This document shows, one piece after another, positions 8,289 to 17,953 of a DNA stretch of 17,960 nucleotides. The stretch comes from Promethearchaeota archaeon (GTDB lineage: Archaea > Asgardarchaeota > Lokiarchaeia > Sigyniarchaeales > SOKP01): NCBI GenBank assembly GCA_004524535.1, contig SDNY01000072.1, forward strand, positions 1 to 17,960, written 5' to 3'. Under the pieces are notes generated by a model. That model was not told the origin of the DNA. It was given only the letters and a program-made list of their open reading frames with translations, and searched no databases. Position 1 is the stretch's first letter, and the number at the start of each line of letters is the position of its first letter. The position numbers and the translations under genes were made by a program.

Positions 8289-8335
8289 TCAACCGTTATC
8301 TTATTTATTAAAAGTAATAATTTAAAAATTTTTAA
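8289..8335 (-). promoter_or_regulatory. Putative BRE/TATA and SD-like motif for the Rab-like gene
   Basis: Minus strand AAAAA-TTTTTAAA about 40 nt upstream of the ATG and GGTTGA 6 nt upstream of the ATG; the AT-rich background makes this weak. Confidence 0.3.
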
Positions 8336-8560
8336 CAATGTTCGTTTTTATATAAGATAGATCTATTAATACAACTTTATAATTTTATTTATAAAGACTA
8401 AATTTTGGTAATAAATCCGAGATATAGTAAAATTATAAAAAAATCGACTAGAATTAATTTTGACTAATTAGCTCTTTTTGAGTAGAAGTGATATTTTTAA
8501 AAAATAAAATTACAAAGTATCGATTCAAGCAATTAAAACATCTTAAAAGAAAGAAGATCT

Positions 8561-9460
8561 TTATTTTTTTATCATTTTATTTAATTTCAAAGCTTCTTCT
8601 TTAATATCAACTTTTTCACACCATTCATTAACAGCATCCAATTCATTCTGTGGAAATTCATATGAATGTTCGATTTCTGGATATATCTCATTTTCTACTT
8701 CGTGTCTATAACTTTTCAATGCATTGCGGATTGAATCTCCTATTTCACCAAAATATTTTAAGAATTTAGGTTTAAATTCAGTAAAAATCCCTAGCATATC
8801 ATGAATAACAAGAATTTGCCCATCGCAATAACGTCCTGCCCCTATACCGATTGTTGGTATGTCAACTGAGTTTGTTATTAGTTTTGCAATTTGCCATGGA
8901 ATACTTTCCAAAACGAGTGAAAAAACGCCTGTTTCTTGCAAAATTATGGCATCCATAATCAGTTTTTTAGCAGCATCTACGGTTTTTCCTTGGACTAAAA
9001 ACCCTCCAAATCGATAAATTGCTTGGGGGGTAAGTCCAATATGTCCCATCACTTCTATATCTGCATCAATTATAGCTCTTATTGTTGGGCAAATCTCCAT
9101 ACCTCCTTCAACTTTGACAGCTTCAGCACCTCCCTCTTGGATAAACCTACCAGCATTTTTAACAGCTTCTACAATATCAATTTTATATGAAAGAAAGGGC
9201 ATATCACCAACAACTAGCGCATTCGATACACCTCGAGTCACAGCTTTAGTATGGTGAATCATTTCGTCCATCGTGACCGACAATGTGTTTTTATATCCAA
9301 GCATTACCATAGAAAGGGAATCCCCAACGAGAATTAAATCAATATTACTTTCATCAACTATTTTAGCAAAAGAGTAATCATATGAGGTTATAGTAACTAT
9401 TTTTTCGCCTTTTTGCTTCTTTTCAATTATTTTTTTTGTGGTCATTTTTTGTAAGGACAT
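8561..9460 (-). CDS. panB: 3-methyl-2-oxobutanoate hydroxymethyltransferase (ketopantoate hydroxymethyltransferase)
   Basis: [57 protein letters not shown] and PKF motifs. Confidence 0.97.
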   Translation of the reverse strand: MSLQKMTTKKIIEKKQKGEKIVTITSYDYSFAKIVDESNIDLILVGDSLSMVMLGYKNTLSVTMDEMIHHTKAVTRGVSNALVVGDMPFLSYKIDIVEAVKNAGRFIQEGGAEAVKVEGGMEICPTIRAIIDADIEVMGHIGLTPQAIYRFGGFLVQGKTVDAAKKLIMDAIILQETGVFSLVLESIPWQIAKLITNSVDIPTIGIGAGRYCDGQILVIHDMLGIFTEFKPKFLKYFGEIGDSIRNALKSYRHEVENEIYPEIEHSYEFPQNELDAVNEWCEKVDIKEEALKLNKMIKK

Positions 9461-9729
9461 ATGAAAAATAACCTAATTATTTTAAAAAATCTTTTGATAG
9501 AGTTAATAGTATAAATAAAATTAGTTTTTTTATAAATCGAGTCAAGGAGAATATTTTTTTTCTCATAAGTATTGTAATTGAGAAAGCGGAAAAATAAAAA
9601 ATAAATGTATATGATTATATTCTTTAAATTTAACACTTATTAATTTAGAAAAAATTAGACTCTAAATCCATTTTAAATTTTCAATAACATTTTTTAGTTA
9701 CCACTTCATATAATGATTCTAACAATTAA

Positions 9730-10776
9730 ATGAGAAAGTTGATAAATATGAAAGCAAGTGACATTGATTTTTATAATTTAGGGTTCGCTTTTATTGAAAC
9801 TAAGACGATGTTTGTTTCAGATTATAAGGATGGTAAATGGAGCGAAGGAAAATTAGTGCCTTTTGGACCTTTTGAGATTTCGCCCGGAGCTTGTATACTT
9901 AACTATGGACAAGGGATTTTTGAAGGTATGAAAGCCTTAAGAGCGAAAACTGGCGAAATCGTATTATTTAGACCGGATGAAAATGGAAAGAGATTAAACG
10001 AAAGCGCCGATAGGATGCTATTACCAAATTATGATGTAGATAAATTTGTTGATATTGTTAAACAAGTCGTTAAAGCCAACAAAGATTATGTTCCTCCCTA
10101 CGATAGTGGTGGTGCGTTATATATACGGCCAATATTAATAGGAAATGGCCCAATTTTAGGTGTTGCACCAGCTGAAGAAGATAAATTAATAATTTTTACG
10201 GTCCCTGTTGGGCCTTATTTCCCAGAGGGTTTTAAAGCAATAAATTTAGAAATTTCGAAAAAATATACGAGGGCTGCTCCTGGCGGATCAGGTTATGCGA
10301 AGACTTGTTGCAATTATGCTCCAACAATGAAACCTGCAAAAGAAACGAAAGCTAAAGGTTTTGCCCAGATTATATATTTGGACGCAGCACGTATGGAATA
10401 TATTGATGAAGTTGGAACAGCTAATTTTTTTGCTGTCATCAATGGAAAACTTGCTACACCTAAAGCAGCTGGTACAATTTTACCGGGAATTACACGTAGA
10501 TCTGTTTTAGAAATAGCAGAGAAGAAATTGGGAATGGAAGTTGAGGAAAGAGACATATCTTACAAGGAGTTATTTGAAGACAGTTGTACTGAGGCATTTT
10601 GTACTGGGACTGCTGCTGTTATCACACCAATTGGATCTGTGGTTTTAGAGGATCAAAAAAAAATCTGGAATAATGGAGAACCGGGTGAACTAACAAAAAA
10701 ACTTTACGATCTATTAACGGGAATTCAAAGATTAGAAATCGAAGACGAATTTGGATGGATTGTTAAAGTAGAGTAA
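9730..10776 (+). CDS. ilvE: Branched-chain amino acid aminotransferase (PLP fold IV)
   Basis: LNYGQGIFEGMKA, LFRPDEN, LYIRP, AK-x3-NY (PLP Lys), ILPGITR and EAFCTGTAAVITP. The start may instead be the ATG at 9748. Confidence 0.95.
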   Translation: MRKLINMKASDIDFYNLGFAFIETKTMFVSDYKDGKWSEGKLVPFGPFEISPGACILNYGQGIFEGMKALRAKTGEIVLFRPDENGKRLNESADRMLLPNYDVDKFVDIVKQVVKANKDYVPPYDSGGALYIRPILIGNGPILGVAPAEEDKLIIFTVPVGPYFPEGFKAINLEISKKYTRAAPGGSGYAKTCCNYAPTMKPAKETKAKGFAQIIYLDAARMEYIDEVGTANFFAVINGKLATPKAAGTILPGITRRSVLEIAEKKLGMEVEERDISYKELFEDSCTEAFCTGTAAVITPIGSVVLEDQKKIWNNGEPGELTKKLYDLLTGIQRLEIEDEFGWIVKVE

Positions 10777-11143
10777 ATTTTTTCATAGAAAAGTCTTGCC
10801 TCTTTAGCATAAACGAATTTTATAAAAACATTAAGTAAGAATTTTTTATTTAATTATTCTTAACTTTTTATCTGATCGAGAATTGAATAGTAGTCTAACA
10901 TTTAGCAAGAAGATGCTACCATAGAAACTCATGTTATGAATCAATTATGATAAGAAAAAATAATGGTTCGCCTATAACACTTATTAGGCTTTTTAGAAAA
11001 ATTTAAATATTTTTACTATTATTTAATCAATAGATACGAATAAGAATATGATAAATATGTCCATAGTAATATGTCTATTTGAAGTATCATTTTATTAGTG
11101 GAAAGAAGATTAGTCGCTTAAAATAAAATTATTTAATTTAAGG

Positions 11144-11941
11144 TTGGGATTAGAGATCTCAGAAGAAATCAAACAAGTATTAGGTAGCAAGGATTTTAAA
11201 GAGTGGAGGGAAAAATTAAAGGGAACAGAGCCCTCAGGTCACAGTTCAAGCCAATTTAAAATCTCCGATAAAGAGATTGAAATCATTAGCGAGAAAGTTA
11301 TTATACAGATTACGAAGAAATTAATAAATCAAGAGCCCATATCTGAAGAATTAAATAATTATCTTAAAAAATTAGAACCAAAAACGATAGTACTTAAACA
11401 AAAGGAATTTTCCACAGCAGTAAGAATTACGGGGATAGTATTACTCTCTCTGTTAACATGGTATTGGATTTTTTTCTTTTTCATAGTTCACGATTTTGAA
11501 CCGCTTGTCTATACTACATATATCACATTAATTCTTATCAGTTTAACGTTAATTAATAAATTTGAATCAGTCCTTCTTAATTCAATTACTTGTATATCTG
11601 TTTATGGATTTATCATGGTGTCAATATGGCTTGCAACCATAGTAAAAGATGTTGGAACTCTTATAGGAGGACCAATTTTGCACGGAGTTATGGCAGGAGT
11701 TCAATTATTTATTATATTACATCGAAAAATAGCATTAAGCAAACGATATCTTTTTCTGGGATTCTTGTTTTATCTAATATTTCTTAATAGCATTGACCAA
11801 ATTGCGCGCTTAATAGCTGAAACCAATACTGAGGATATTTTTCCGGAAATATTTACTTCTATATTCTCCTTCTATGTATTAGGGATCACCTGTATTTTTA
11901 TATATTTATATAAAAAGAAATATGGTATACTGTTTCCGTAG
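11144..11941 (+). CDS. Hypothetical integral membrane protein (~6 TM) with ~90-aa soluble N-terminal region
   Basis: 265-aa ORF with TTG start: a charged N-terminus followed by about six hydrophobic segments and a basic C-terminus (YKKKY). Confidence 0.75.
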   Translation: MGLEISEEIKQVLGSKDFKEWREKLKGTEPSGHSSSQFKISDKEIEIISEKVIIQITKKLINQEPISEELNNYLKKLEPKTIVLKQKEFSTAVRITGIVLLSLLTWYWIFFFFIVHDFEPLVYTTYITLILISLTLINKFESVLLNSITCISVYGFIMVSIWLATIVKDVGTLIGGPILHGVMAGVQLFIILHRKIALSKRYLFLGFLFYLIFLNSIDQIARLIAETNTEDIFPEIFTSIFSFYVLGITCIFIYLYKKKYGILFP

Positions 11942-11965
11942 ACCATTTTATATCACAGGAACGCT

Positions 11966-12358
11966 TCACTTAGAGTCCAAAACTTTTTTCTTTTTGAAAC
12001 AATCACAACAATAAAACGGAATAGTAACCTTCAGATTTTTTTGCTCTTTTAAATTATAAGGACAAATCCATATTTTTACAAAATCTTTTAAATGTAATTT
12101 TAGATATTGTTTTGCATTTTTATAAGTATCAGAAAAAAAGAGTTGTTTTTGGCAATTCTCATTGTAGCATTTATGAGAATATTCTTTAGTCATTATGAGA
12201 TTTAAGGCATTAAACAATTCTATTTGCTCTTGAATTTTATTATAATCTAATTTAAAGATTAATTCTTCTAAATTAATTTGTCCATTCAAATAATCCTCAA
12301 AAATATCTTCACAATACCAATCTCTATATGTTTCGTTGATTTCTATAAAATTTGGCAT
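11966..12358 (-). CDS. Small hypothetical protein, putative Zn-binding
   Basis: 130-aa ATG ORF with CYNENC and C-terminal FYCCDCF; fills the gap between neighbouring genes. Confidence 0.7.
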   Translation of the reverse strand: MPNFIEINETYRDWYCEDIFEDYLNGQINLEELIFKLDYNKIQEQIELFNALNLIMTKEYSHKCYNENCQKQLFFSDTYKNAKQYLKLHLKDFVKIWICPYNLKEQKNLKVTIPFYCCDCFKKKKVLDSK

Positions 12359-12442
12359 TTCTTACTTCTTCTGAAATATTGCTAATATAATCAAAATAAT
12401 AGAAAGAAAATAAATAAATATGGTATTATCACTTAAAAAAAT

Positions 12443-13612
12443 ATGATTGAAAGTTTTAATTTTTTTCAGCCTACACGCATAAGATTTGGTTGGGGTCGTG
12501 TGAATGAAATTGGAAAAGTTGTGGCACTAAATGGAAAAAGATGCCTATTGGTTACAGTTAAATCCTCACCTCCTTTACAAGCATTATTTGAAAAAATTAA
12601 AAGTCTATGTATCGAGGCGGGAGTTGAGATATTTCATTTTGATGGTGTTATTCCCAGTCCAACTATTGAAAGTGTAAATCAAGGTTCTAAAATGGCTGTT
12701 AAAAATAAAATTGACGTCGTATTAGGTGTGGGAGGTGGTTCTAGTATCGACACTGCAAAAGCAATATCTGTAGGTGCCACCCATGAAGGAAGTGCGTGGG
12801 AATATCGTTTAGGTCAAAAAAGAATTGTAAATAATAAGCTTCTTCCTATAATTGCCGTTCCAACGACAGCAGGTACAGGATCAGAGGTCACTACAATGTC
12901 AGTTTTAAAAGATCCTGAAAATGAATTTAAGTCTGCGCTTGCAGATTGGGGTCTTTGTCCAAGGGTTAGCATAGTTGATCCTAAAGTAACGTTAACTCTT
13001 CCTTCACATATTTCAGCTTCAACAGGATTTGATACTTTTTGTCATGCCTTCGAAAGTTATTTGCATAAAAGAGCATCGTATTTTAATGATATTCTTTGTT
13101 TAGAGGTAATAAAACAGGTTATAAAATATCTTCCATCTGTTATTGCGAATGGTTCAGATAGACAGGCAAGAGAAGCACTTTCATGGAGTAGTACTGTAGG
13201 GGGGATTTGCATTACATCTGCAGGTACTACTCTTCCTCATGGAATTGGTATGGCTATTGGAGGACATATTTCTAATGTAATGCATGGAGAAGCTCTAGCA
13301 ATTATGTATCCTGAAATAAACCGTTGGACTTGGAAACATGCAATACCAAAATATGCAACAATAGGTAGGTTTTTTAATATTGAATTAGAGAATAAATCAG
13401 ATGAGGTGGCTGCTGAAGAATGTTGTAATGAGATGGACAATTTCCTGAAAAAAATCGATATGTGGCAAAGTCTAAAGGATAAAAACCTTACTGAAAGTAA
13501 ATTAAAAGCAATTAGTGAAGATACAATGAAACTAAAGAACTATACTGTCCATCCTAAAGTAGCTACTCATGAAGAGATAGAAAATTTAATAAGAAAAAGC
13601 TCAAAGAGATAG
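12443..13612 (+). CDS. Iron-containing (group III) alcohol dehydrogenase
   Basis: PTRIRFGWG, GGGSSIDTAK, PTTAGTGSE, and metal ligands in DTFCHAFESY, PHGIG and HGEA. Confidence 0.95.
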   Translation: MIESFNFFQPTRIRFGWGRVNEIGKVVALNGKRCLLVTVKSSPPLQALFEKIKSLCIEAGVEIFHFDGVIPSPTIESVNQGSKMAVKNKIDVVLGVGGGSSIDTAKAISVGATHEGSAWEYRLGQKRIVNNKLLPIIAVPTTAGTGSEVTTMSVLKDPENEFKSALADWGLCPRVSIVDPKVTLTLPSHISASTGFDTFCHAFESYLHKRASYFNDILCLEVIKQVIKYLPSVIANGSDRQAREALSWSSTVGGICITSAGTTLPHGIGMAIGGHISNVMHGEALAIMYPEINRWTWKHAIPKYATIGRFFNIELENKSDEVAAEECCNEMDNFLKKIDMWQSLKDKNLTESKLKAISEDTMKLKNYTVHPKVATHEEIENLIRKSSKR

Positions 13613-13881
13613 AAGTTGAAAACCTATTTCCGTCAATAATTCATGGGAATAATTGCCCTTTTTTCAAATAAAGTTTAGATAGATTATAAAATAATTGAGA
13701 TATAATGACCTCTAATTATAATATTAGTATAAAACCGTTTGTAAATAGTTTAGATTATCCTGCAGCTGATGCTGTCGCTGCCGCAGTATTATTATAAAAC
13801 AAGAGAGATTTATCTAACTTTTTCTTAATTATTTTCTAGGGATTTGAGGTCTTGTGATGTTTTTGCTATTTTCTAGTTTTT

Positions 13882-15285
13882 TTAATTCTGTTTATTCCTC
13901 AGGTATTGTTCATACTGATACATCATTCTAAAAGCTTTAATAGCATGCTTTATCCGATTCATTACAGGGATATCAAATTTAGAGGCATTTTTTAATACAA
14001 AATCAAAAACCCATCGTGAACCAAAACAGACACATATGCATGGCTTGTCTACTTTATTTGATAATCTCTTCATTATTCGAAAGTAGGACTCTATAATACT
14101 ACTTAATGGTTTAAATTCTTGTAATGGACCTCTTGGGATACAAAATATAAATAACAAGCTATTAACGTTATTATCTTTAAGTACTGCTTTTAGCGTAGGT
14201 ATGAAGCTTGTCGCCATAGAAGGCCCCAGATCAATCGTTCCTTTTATTGAAACCCAATTAGGAATTGCAGCTTTTATTTTATTTATCGTTTCTTCATTTA
14301 ATTTTGCTAAAGATAATCCCTGCTTCTCAATTTCGTCGCAAGCTAAAATACCTAAGCTACCTGAGCCTGTAATTATAGCAACATTTTTGCCTTTTGGCAA
14401 GGGTTGCGTGGAAAAGACTTGAGCTATGTTAAACATCTCATAAAAATTATTTACTCTAAAAATTCCCGGATTTTGCCTAATAATTGCCTCATAAATCTTG
14501 TCATTTCCAGCCATCGAACCTGTATGGCTTTTAACGGCGTTTGAACCGCTTTCGCTACGTCCATTTTTGAGGATTATTACTGGTTTAATCATTTGTTTGA
14601 GAATTTGTGTAAATTCTTTACCTCTTTTAGTACCTTCCAAGTAAAGCGTAATTACTTTAGTATCAGGATCATTATTTAAATAATCCAATATATCAACCTC
14701 ATCTACATCAATTTTATTTCCTAGAGTTATTGTTTTAGAAAATCCAATATTTTGCCCAGATGCCCAATCTATAAAAACGTTGCCGAGTACTCCCGATTGA
14801 GCAATAACAGAAATGTTCCCTTTCAAAGTATTATTAAATTCTACTTCTGCACTCGTAAATTCGTTGTTAAAATTAGTTAATCCAACACAATTTGGCCCAA
14901 TAATACGAATATTGGTTTCTTTAACAATCTCTAAAATTTCATTTTGAATATTAATATATCTTTCTTCTCCCGTCTCAGAAAAGCCCGCTGATTCAATTAT
15001 AATTCCTTTTACTCCTTTTTCAGCACAGTCTTTAACTGCTTGCAAAACTCTCTCATTTGGTACTAAAAGAATTGCCAATTCTATATTTTCAGGAATATCT
15101 TTAATATTTTCATAGGTTTTATGTCCTAATATTTCCGTTTTATATAAATGTACTGGAAACGACTTAAATTTTGAATTTAGAAGATACTTTGTTGTAGTGT
15201 ATCCAAATCTTAACTTATCAGAAGCTCCAATAATCGCTATTGACTTAGGGTCAAAAAAAAAATCTATTTCTGTCATTGATATCAA
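13882..15285 (-). CDS. ADP-forming acyl-CoA synthetase (acetate--CoA ligase) alpha-subunit-like protein
   Basis: PKSIAIIGAS CoA-binding domain, SAGFSE, RIIGPNCVG, QSG, LGNKIDV, LYLEG, phospho-His SHTGS; no fused ATP-grasp beta domain. Confidence 0.9.
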   Translation of the reverse strand: MISMTEIDFFFDPKSIAIIGASDKLRFGYTTTKYLLNSKFKSFPVHLYKTEILGHKTYENIKDIPENIELAILLVPNERVLQAVKDCAEKGVKGIIIESAGFSETGEERYINIQNEILEIVKETNIRIIGPNCVGLTNFNNEFTSAEVEFNNTLKGNISVIAQSGVLGNVFIDWASGQNIGFSKTITLGNKIDVDEVDILDYLNNDPDTKVITLYLEGTKRGKEFTQILKQMIKPVIILKNGRSESGSNAVKSHTGSMAGNDKIYEAIIRQNPGIFRVNNFYEMFNIAQVFSTQPLPKGKNVAIITGSGSLGILACDEIEKQGLSLAKLNEETINKIKAAIPNWVSIKGTIDLGPSMATSFIPTLKAVLKDNNVNSLLFIFCIPRGPLQEFKPLSSIIESYFRIMKRLSNKVDKPCICVCFGSRWVFDFVLKNASKFDIPVMNRIKHAIKAFRMMYQYEQYLRNKQN

Positions 15286-15417
15286 TTATAGAAAAAATTT
15301 TTATAAAAAATAAATATCTTTCATTAACCTTAAAGATTAGTTTAAAACATTTTCTATAAGATAGAAGCGGTGATGCGATGATGCTATTAATGTGATTTAA
15401 AACAAAAAGAAAAAAAA

Positions 15418-16008
15418 TTATTTTTTCATTGCATCAGTAAAAACCATATCTTTGCTGATTATTTGCCAAGTTCTCCAACCATTTGCAACCTTTTCTTTCG
15501 CCTCTTGAATAAATGCGGGATAACCGATTTCACGACATCTTTTCAAATTCTGGTTAGGATCGCGACTATATCGCGTGCAAATCATTTTCATCATTTGGCC
15601 CTTATCTGTTATTGGCATTGAACTCGAATTTATGTTAGGACATGGTGTTTCCGAATCTGGATCATAGTCCTCACATTCAGCACAAGTCCAATATCCTTTA
15701 GATTTGACACATTTAGCGATACCACATATTTGAGAAGCAAAACTACCTTTAGAACATCCAGGACAATTTCCTTGTTTGTTCGCTTTTATGAATGATTTTA
15801 ACGTTTTTAATGTAGCTTTTATTCCCTTGAGATTTAAGCCCAGGACTGGGCCGACATCTACGATATTCCAGCCTTCCCAAATTTTTTGAAGTATTTTTGA
15901 GGCTTCTATTGCATCTCCAATATGCATATCACATCCTAAGCATAGGATACCACAGGGTGCTAGCAACCCTCTGTCTCCTGCCTTTACATCATCTAATTTT
16001 AAATTCAA
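15418..16008 (-). CDS. Cys-rich DUF3795-like protein
   Basis: APCGILCLGC, CPGC, CGIAKCVKSKGYWTCAEC and PC pattern; TTG start supported by an SD motif. Confidence 0.8.
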   Translation of the reverse strand: MNLKLDDVKAGDRGLLAPCGILCLGCDMHIGDAIEASKILQKIWEGWNIVDVGPVLGLNLKGIKATLKTLKSFIKANKQGNCPGCSKGSFASQICGIAKCVKSKGYWTCAECEDYDPDSETPCPNINSSSMPITDKGQMMKMICTRYSRDPNQNLKRCREIGYPAFIQEAKEKVANGWRTWQIISKDMVFTDAMKK

Positions 16009-16015
16009 TTTTATT

Positions 16016-16021
16016 TCACCT
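16016..16021 (-). promoter_or_regulatory. Shine-Dalgarno motif AGGTGA
   Basis: AGGTGA lies 7 nt upstream of the TTG start at 16008. Confidence 0.6.
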
Positions 16022-16122
16022 ATTTAATAATAAATCAATTAAAGGAACTTATTATTATTTTTTTTCCTAAAAATCTTTTTAAGAGATGTGTTATAAATGA
16101 AAAAGAATTATTTAGAATAAGT

Positions 16123-16404
16123 ATGTCAGATCTTGTAACACTTGAAGGAAAAATAGTTGAGATAAGAGACGGTGAGAAAAAAATAACCCGTAGCTACACT
16201 TACGGATATATATCCTTAAGAATCCAAGTAGGATTTGAGTACTACTCCGTTCTCGTTAACACTTCAAAATTAAACCAATACGGTTTTCTGCCAAGAATAG
16301 GGCAATGGATAAGGGTTAAAGGGCGTCTATTCCCTTCGAAGAATGGGTTTTACGATCCGTCGATTAAATGGGTTTCGGAATTAAAACATATAGAACGCCC
16401 TTAA
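16123..16404 (+). CDS. Small stand-alone OB-fold protein (putative nucleic-acid binding)
   Basis: VTLEGKIVEIR...YGYISLRI...YSVLV...IGQWIRVKGRL matches the OB-fold beta-strand pattern; rich in aromatic and basic residues. Confidence 0.7.
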   Translation: MSDLVTLEGKIVEIRDGEKKITRSYTYGYISLRIQVGFEYYSVLVNTSKLNQYGFLPRIGQWIRVKGRLFPSKNGFYDPSIKWVSELKHIERP

Positions 16405-16489
16405 AGCGTTATCAAATAGGCGAATTGGTAATTTTACTACCTGTTTTCAATTTAATATACCTTTAATGGAATTTCGAATTTAAGATCTT

Positions 16490-17278
16490 ATGAGTAATCA
16501 AGAATTAATTTTATATGAAGCTAAAGGACGGATCGCAACTATAACGATAAATAGACCAGAAAAAGCACACGCTTTCAATCATGGCATGTTAAAAGCATTG
16601 CATAACAGATTGATTGAAGCAGATAAGGACGAAAAAGTCAAATGCATTTTAATTAAGTCCACAGGGCAAAAATTCTTTTCTGCAGGCTATGACCTTAAAG
16701 AAATTATGGCTGATAGAGAGATTGCTAATAAAATTATTGAATATGGCAGAAAAGTTAACGAAACTATGCTTCTTATGAAAAAGCCTATAATTACGCAAGT
16801 TCAAGGTATTGCTGTAGGTTTTGGTGTGTTGATGATACTGGCTTCTGATTTAAGAATTTTTGCGGACAGACCAATAGAAGAATTATATTTACGACTACCA
16901 GAAATTGCAATTTCAGCGTTCCCTCAGACCGGAGCAACACTATTGCCATTATTGGCTTTTGGATTTAGTAATGCTAAACGCCTTCTTTTAACATCAGATA
17001 AAGTGGGAATCGAAGAATTAAAAGGTCTATATTTTCCAACTCGTATTTTTCCACTTGATCAACTTGATGCTGAGACATTATCTTTCGTGAAACAAATAAG
17101 TAAGTATCAAACAGAATTCTTATTCTTTATAAAATCTATGCTAACAATCATGCATAAAGGCTATATAAAATCATGTTTTGATTTAGAAAATGAGTGCGCT
17201 AATGTTACTTACTCAGGAAAAAAAACTATGGAGGAGTTAGACGAATTTATAAAGGATTTATATAAAAAATATCCTTAA
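16490..17278 (+). CDS. Enoyl-CoA hydratase/isomerase (crotonase) family protein
   Basis: IATITINRPEKAHAF, FFSAGYDL, KPIITQVQGIAVGFG, ASDLR and LPE motifs. Confidence 0.92.
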   Translation: MSNQELILYEAKGRIATITINRPEKAHAFNHGMLKALHNRLIEADKDEKVKCILIKSTGQKFFSAGYDLKEIMADREIANKIIEYGRKVNETMLLMKKPIITQVQGIAVGFGVLMILASDLRIFADRPIEELYLRLPEIAISAFPQTGATLLPLLAFGFSNAKRLLLTSDKVGIEELKGLYFPTRIFPLDQLDAETLSFVKQISKYQTEFLFFIKSMLTIMHKGYIKSCFDLENECANVTYSGKKTMEELDEFIKDLYKKYP

Positions 17279-17368
17279 AGCTTTATAACATTAAGATAAA
17301 TTAGAATACATATTGCAATAGTATGTAGTATGTCAGTAGAAATAGATGATGTTGAATATGTAAGTAAG

Positions 17369-17716
17369 TTAATTTTTAATTATTTCTTGCAATGTTTTTT
17401 CAATTTTATATAATTCTTTTGAGTTTGGAGCTAATATATATATTTTTTTGTCATTTATTTCTTGTATCGTTATCATACCTGACGTTTTCACTCTATTTTC
17501 AATATGGTTTTCCTTATTTCTTATAGCTTCATTTAAAATTGATGTGATTTTATTGTATTGTAGTTTATTTATTTCTTTTATAATATAATTTCCTCCATCG
17601 TAAATGCCACTTGAACTAAGAGAGGGTTTTATTGCTATATATTCGATAAATTTTTTAACTTCACTTTTAATAATATATGTGTTGCCATTTCCATCATGAT
17701 ACTTATAAAGCTTCAT
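17369..17716 (-). CDS. Hypothetical protein
   Basis: 115-aa ATG ORF with conserved-looking motifs YHDGNGNTY, EYIAIKP, SSSGIYDGG and RVKTSG. Confidence 0.7.
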   Translation of the reverse strand: MKLYKYHDGNGNTYIIKSEVKKFIEYIAIKPSLSSSGIYDGGNYIIKEINKLQYNKITSILNEAIRNKENHIENRVKTSGMITIQEINDKKIYILAPNSKELYKIEKTLQEIIKN

Positions 17717-17947
17717 ATTATTAACTCGTTTTATTTAATATATTATAAACCAAAATATACTTTTATTATATTAGGTTTAATTTAAAAAAATTTATTTCAA
17801 AATTACAGAAAAAGATAATTTTTAATTTACCTTCATCGACAAAAATATTTATAGTTATTGGAATTTAGATTAAATCACGCTTTTCTTAAACAATAAACTT
17901 AAATTCGCCTAAATCTCTATTTTAATTAATAAATTAATTAAATTTAA

Positions 17948-17953
17948 AGGAGG
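17948..17953 (+). promoter_or_regulatory. SD-like AGGAGG, probably for a gene starting at or just beyond the window end
   Basis: AGGAGG at the end of an AT-rich intergenic stretch; the downstream ORF is not visible. Confidence 0.4.

Noticed and set aside
10903-10994. Short hairpins TAGCA/TGCTA and GCCTA/TAGGC+T5 downstream of ilvE
   Set aside because: 5-bp stems far from the stop codon; too weak to call a terminator or RNA element.
1609-14422. Short ORFs 1609-1794, 1791-1994, 3848-4033, 5318-5512, 5727-5939, 5827-6066, 6603-6812, 9442-9636, 10314-10556, 11590-11787, 13237-13440 and 14201-14422
   Set aside because: They overlap well-supported genes or are low-complexity AT-rich translations with no motifs.
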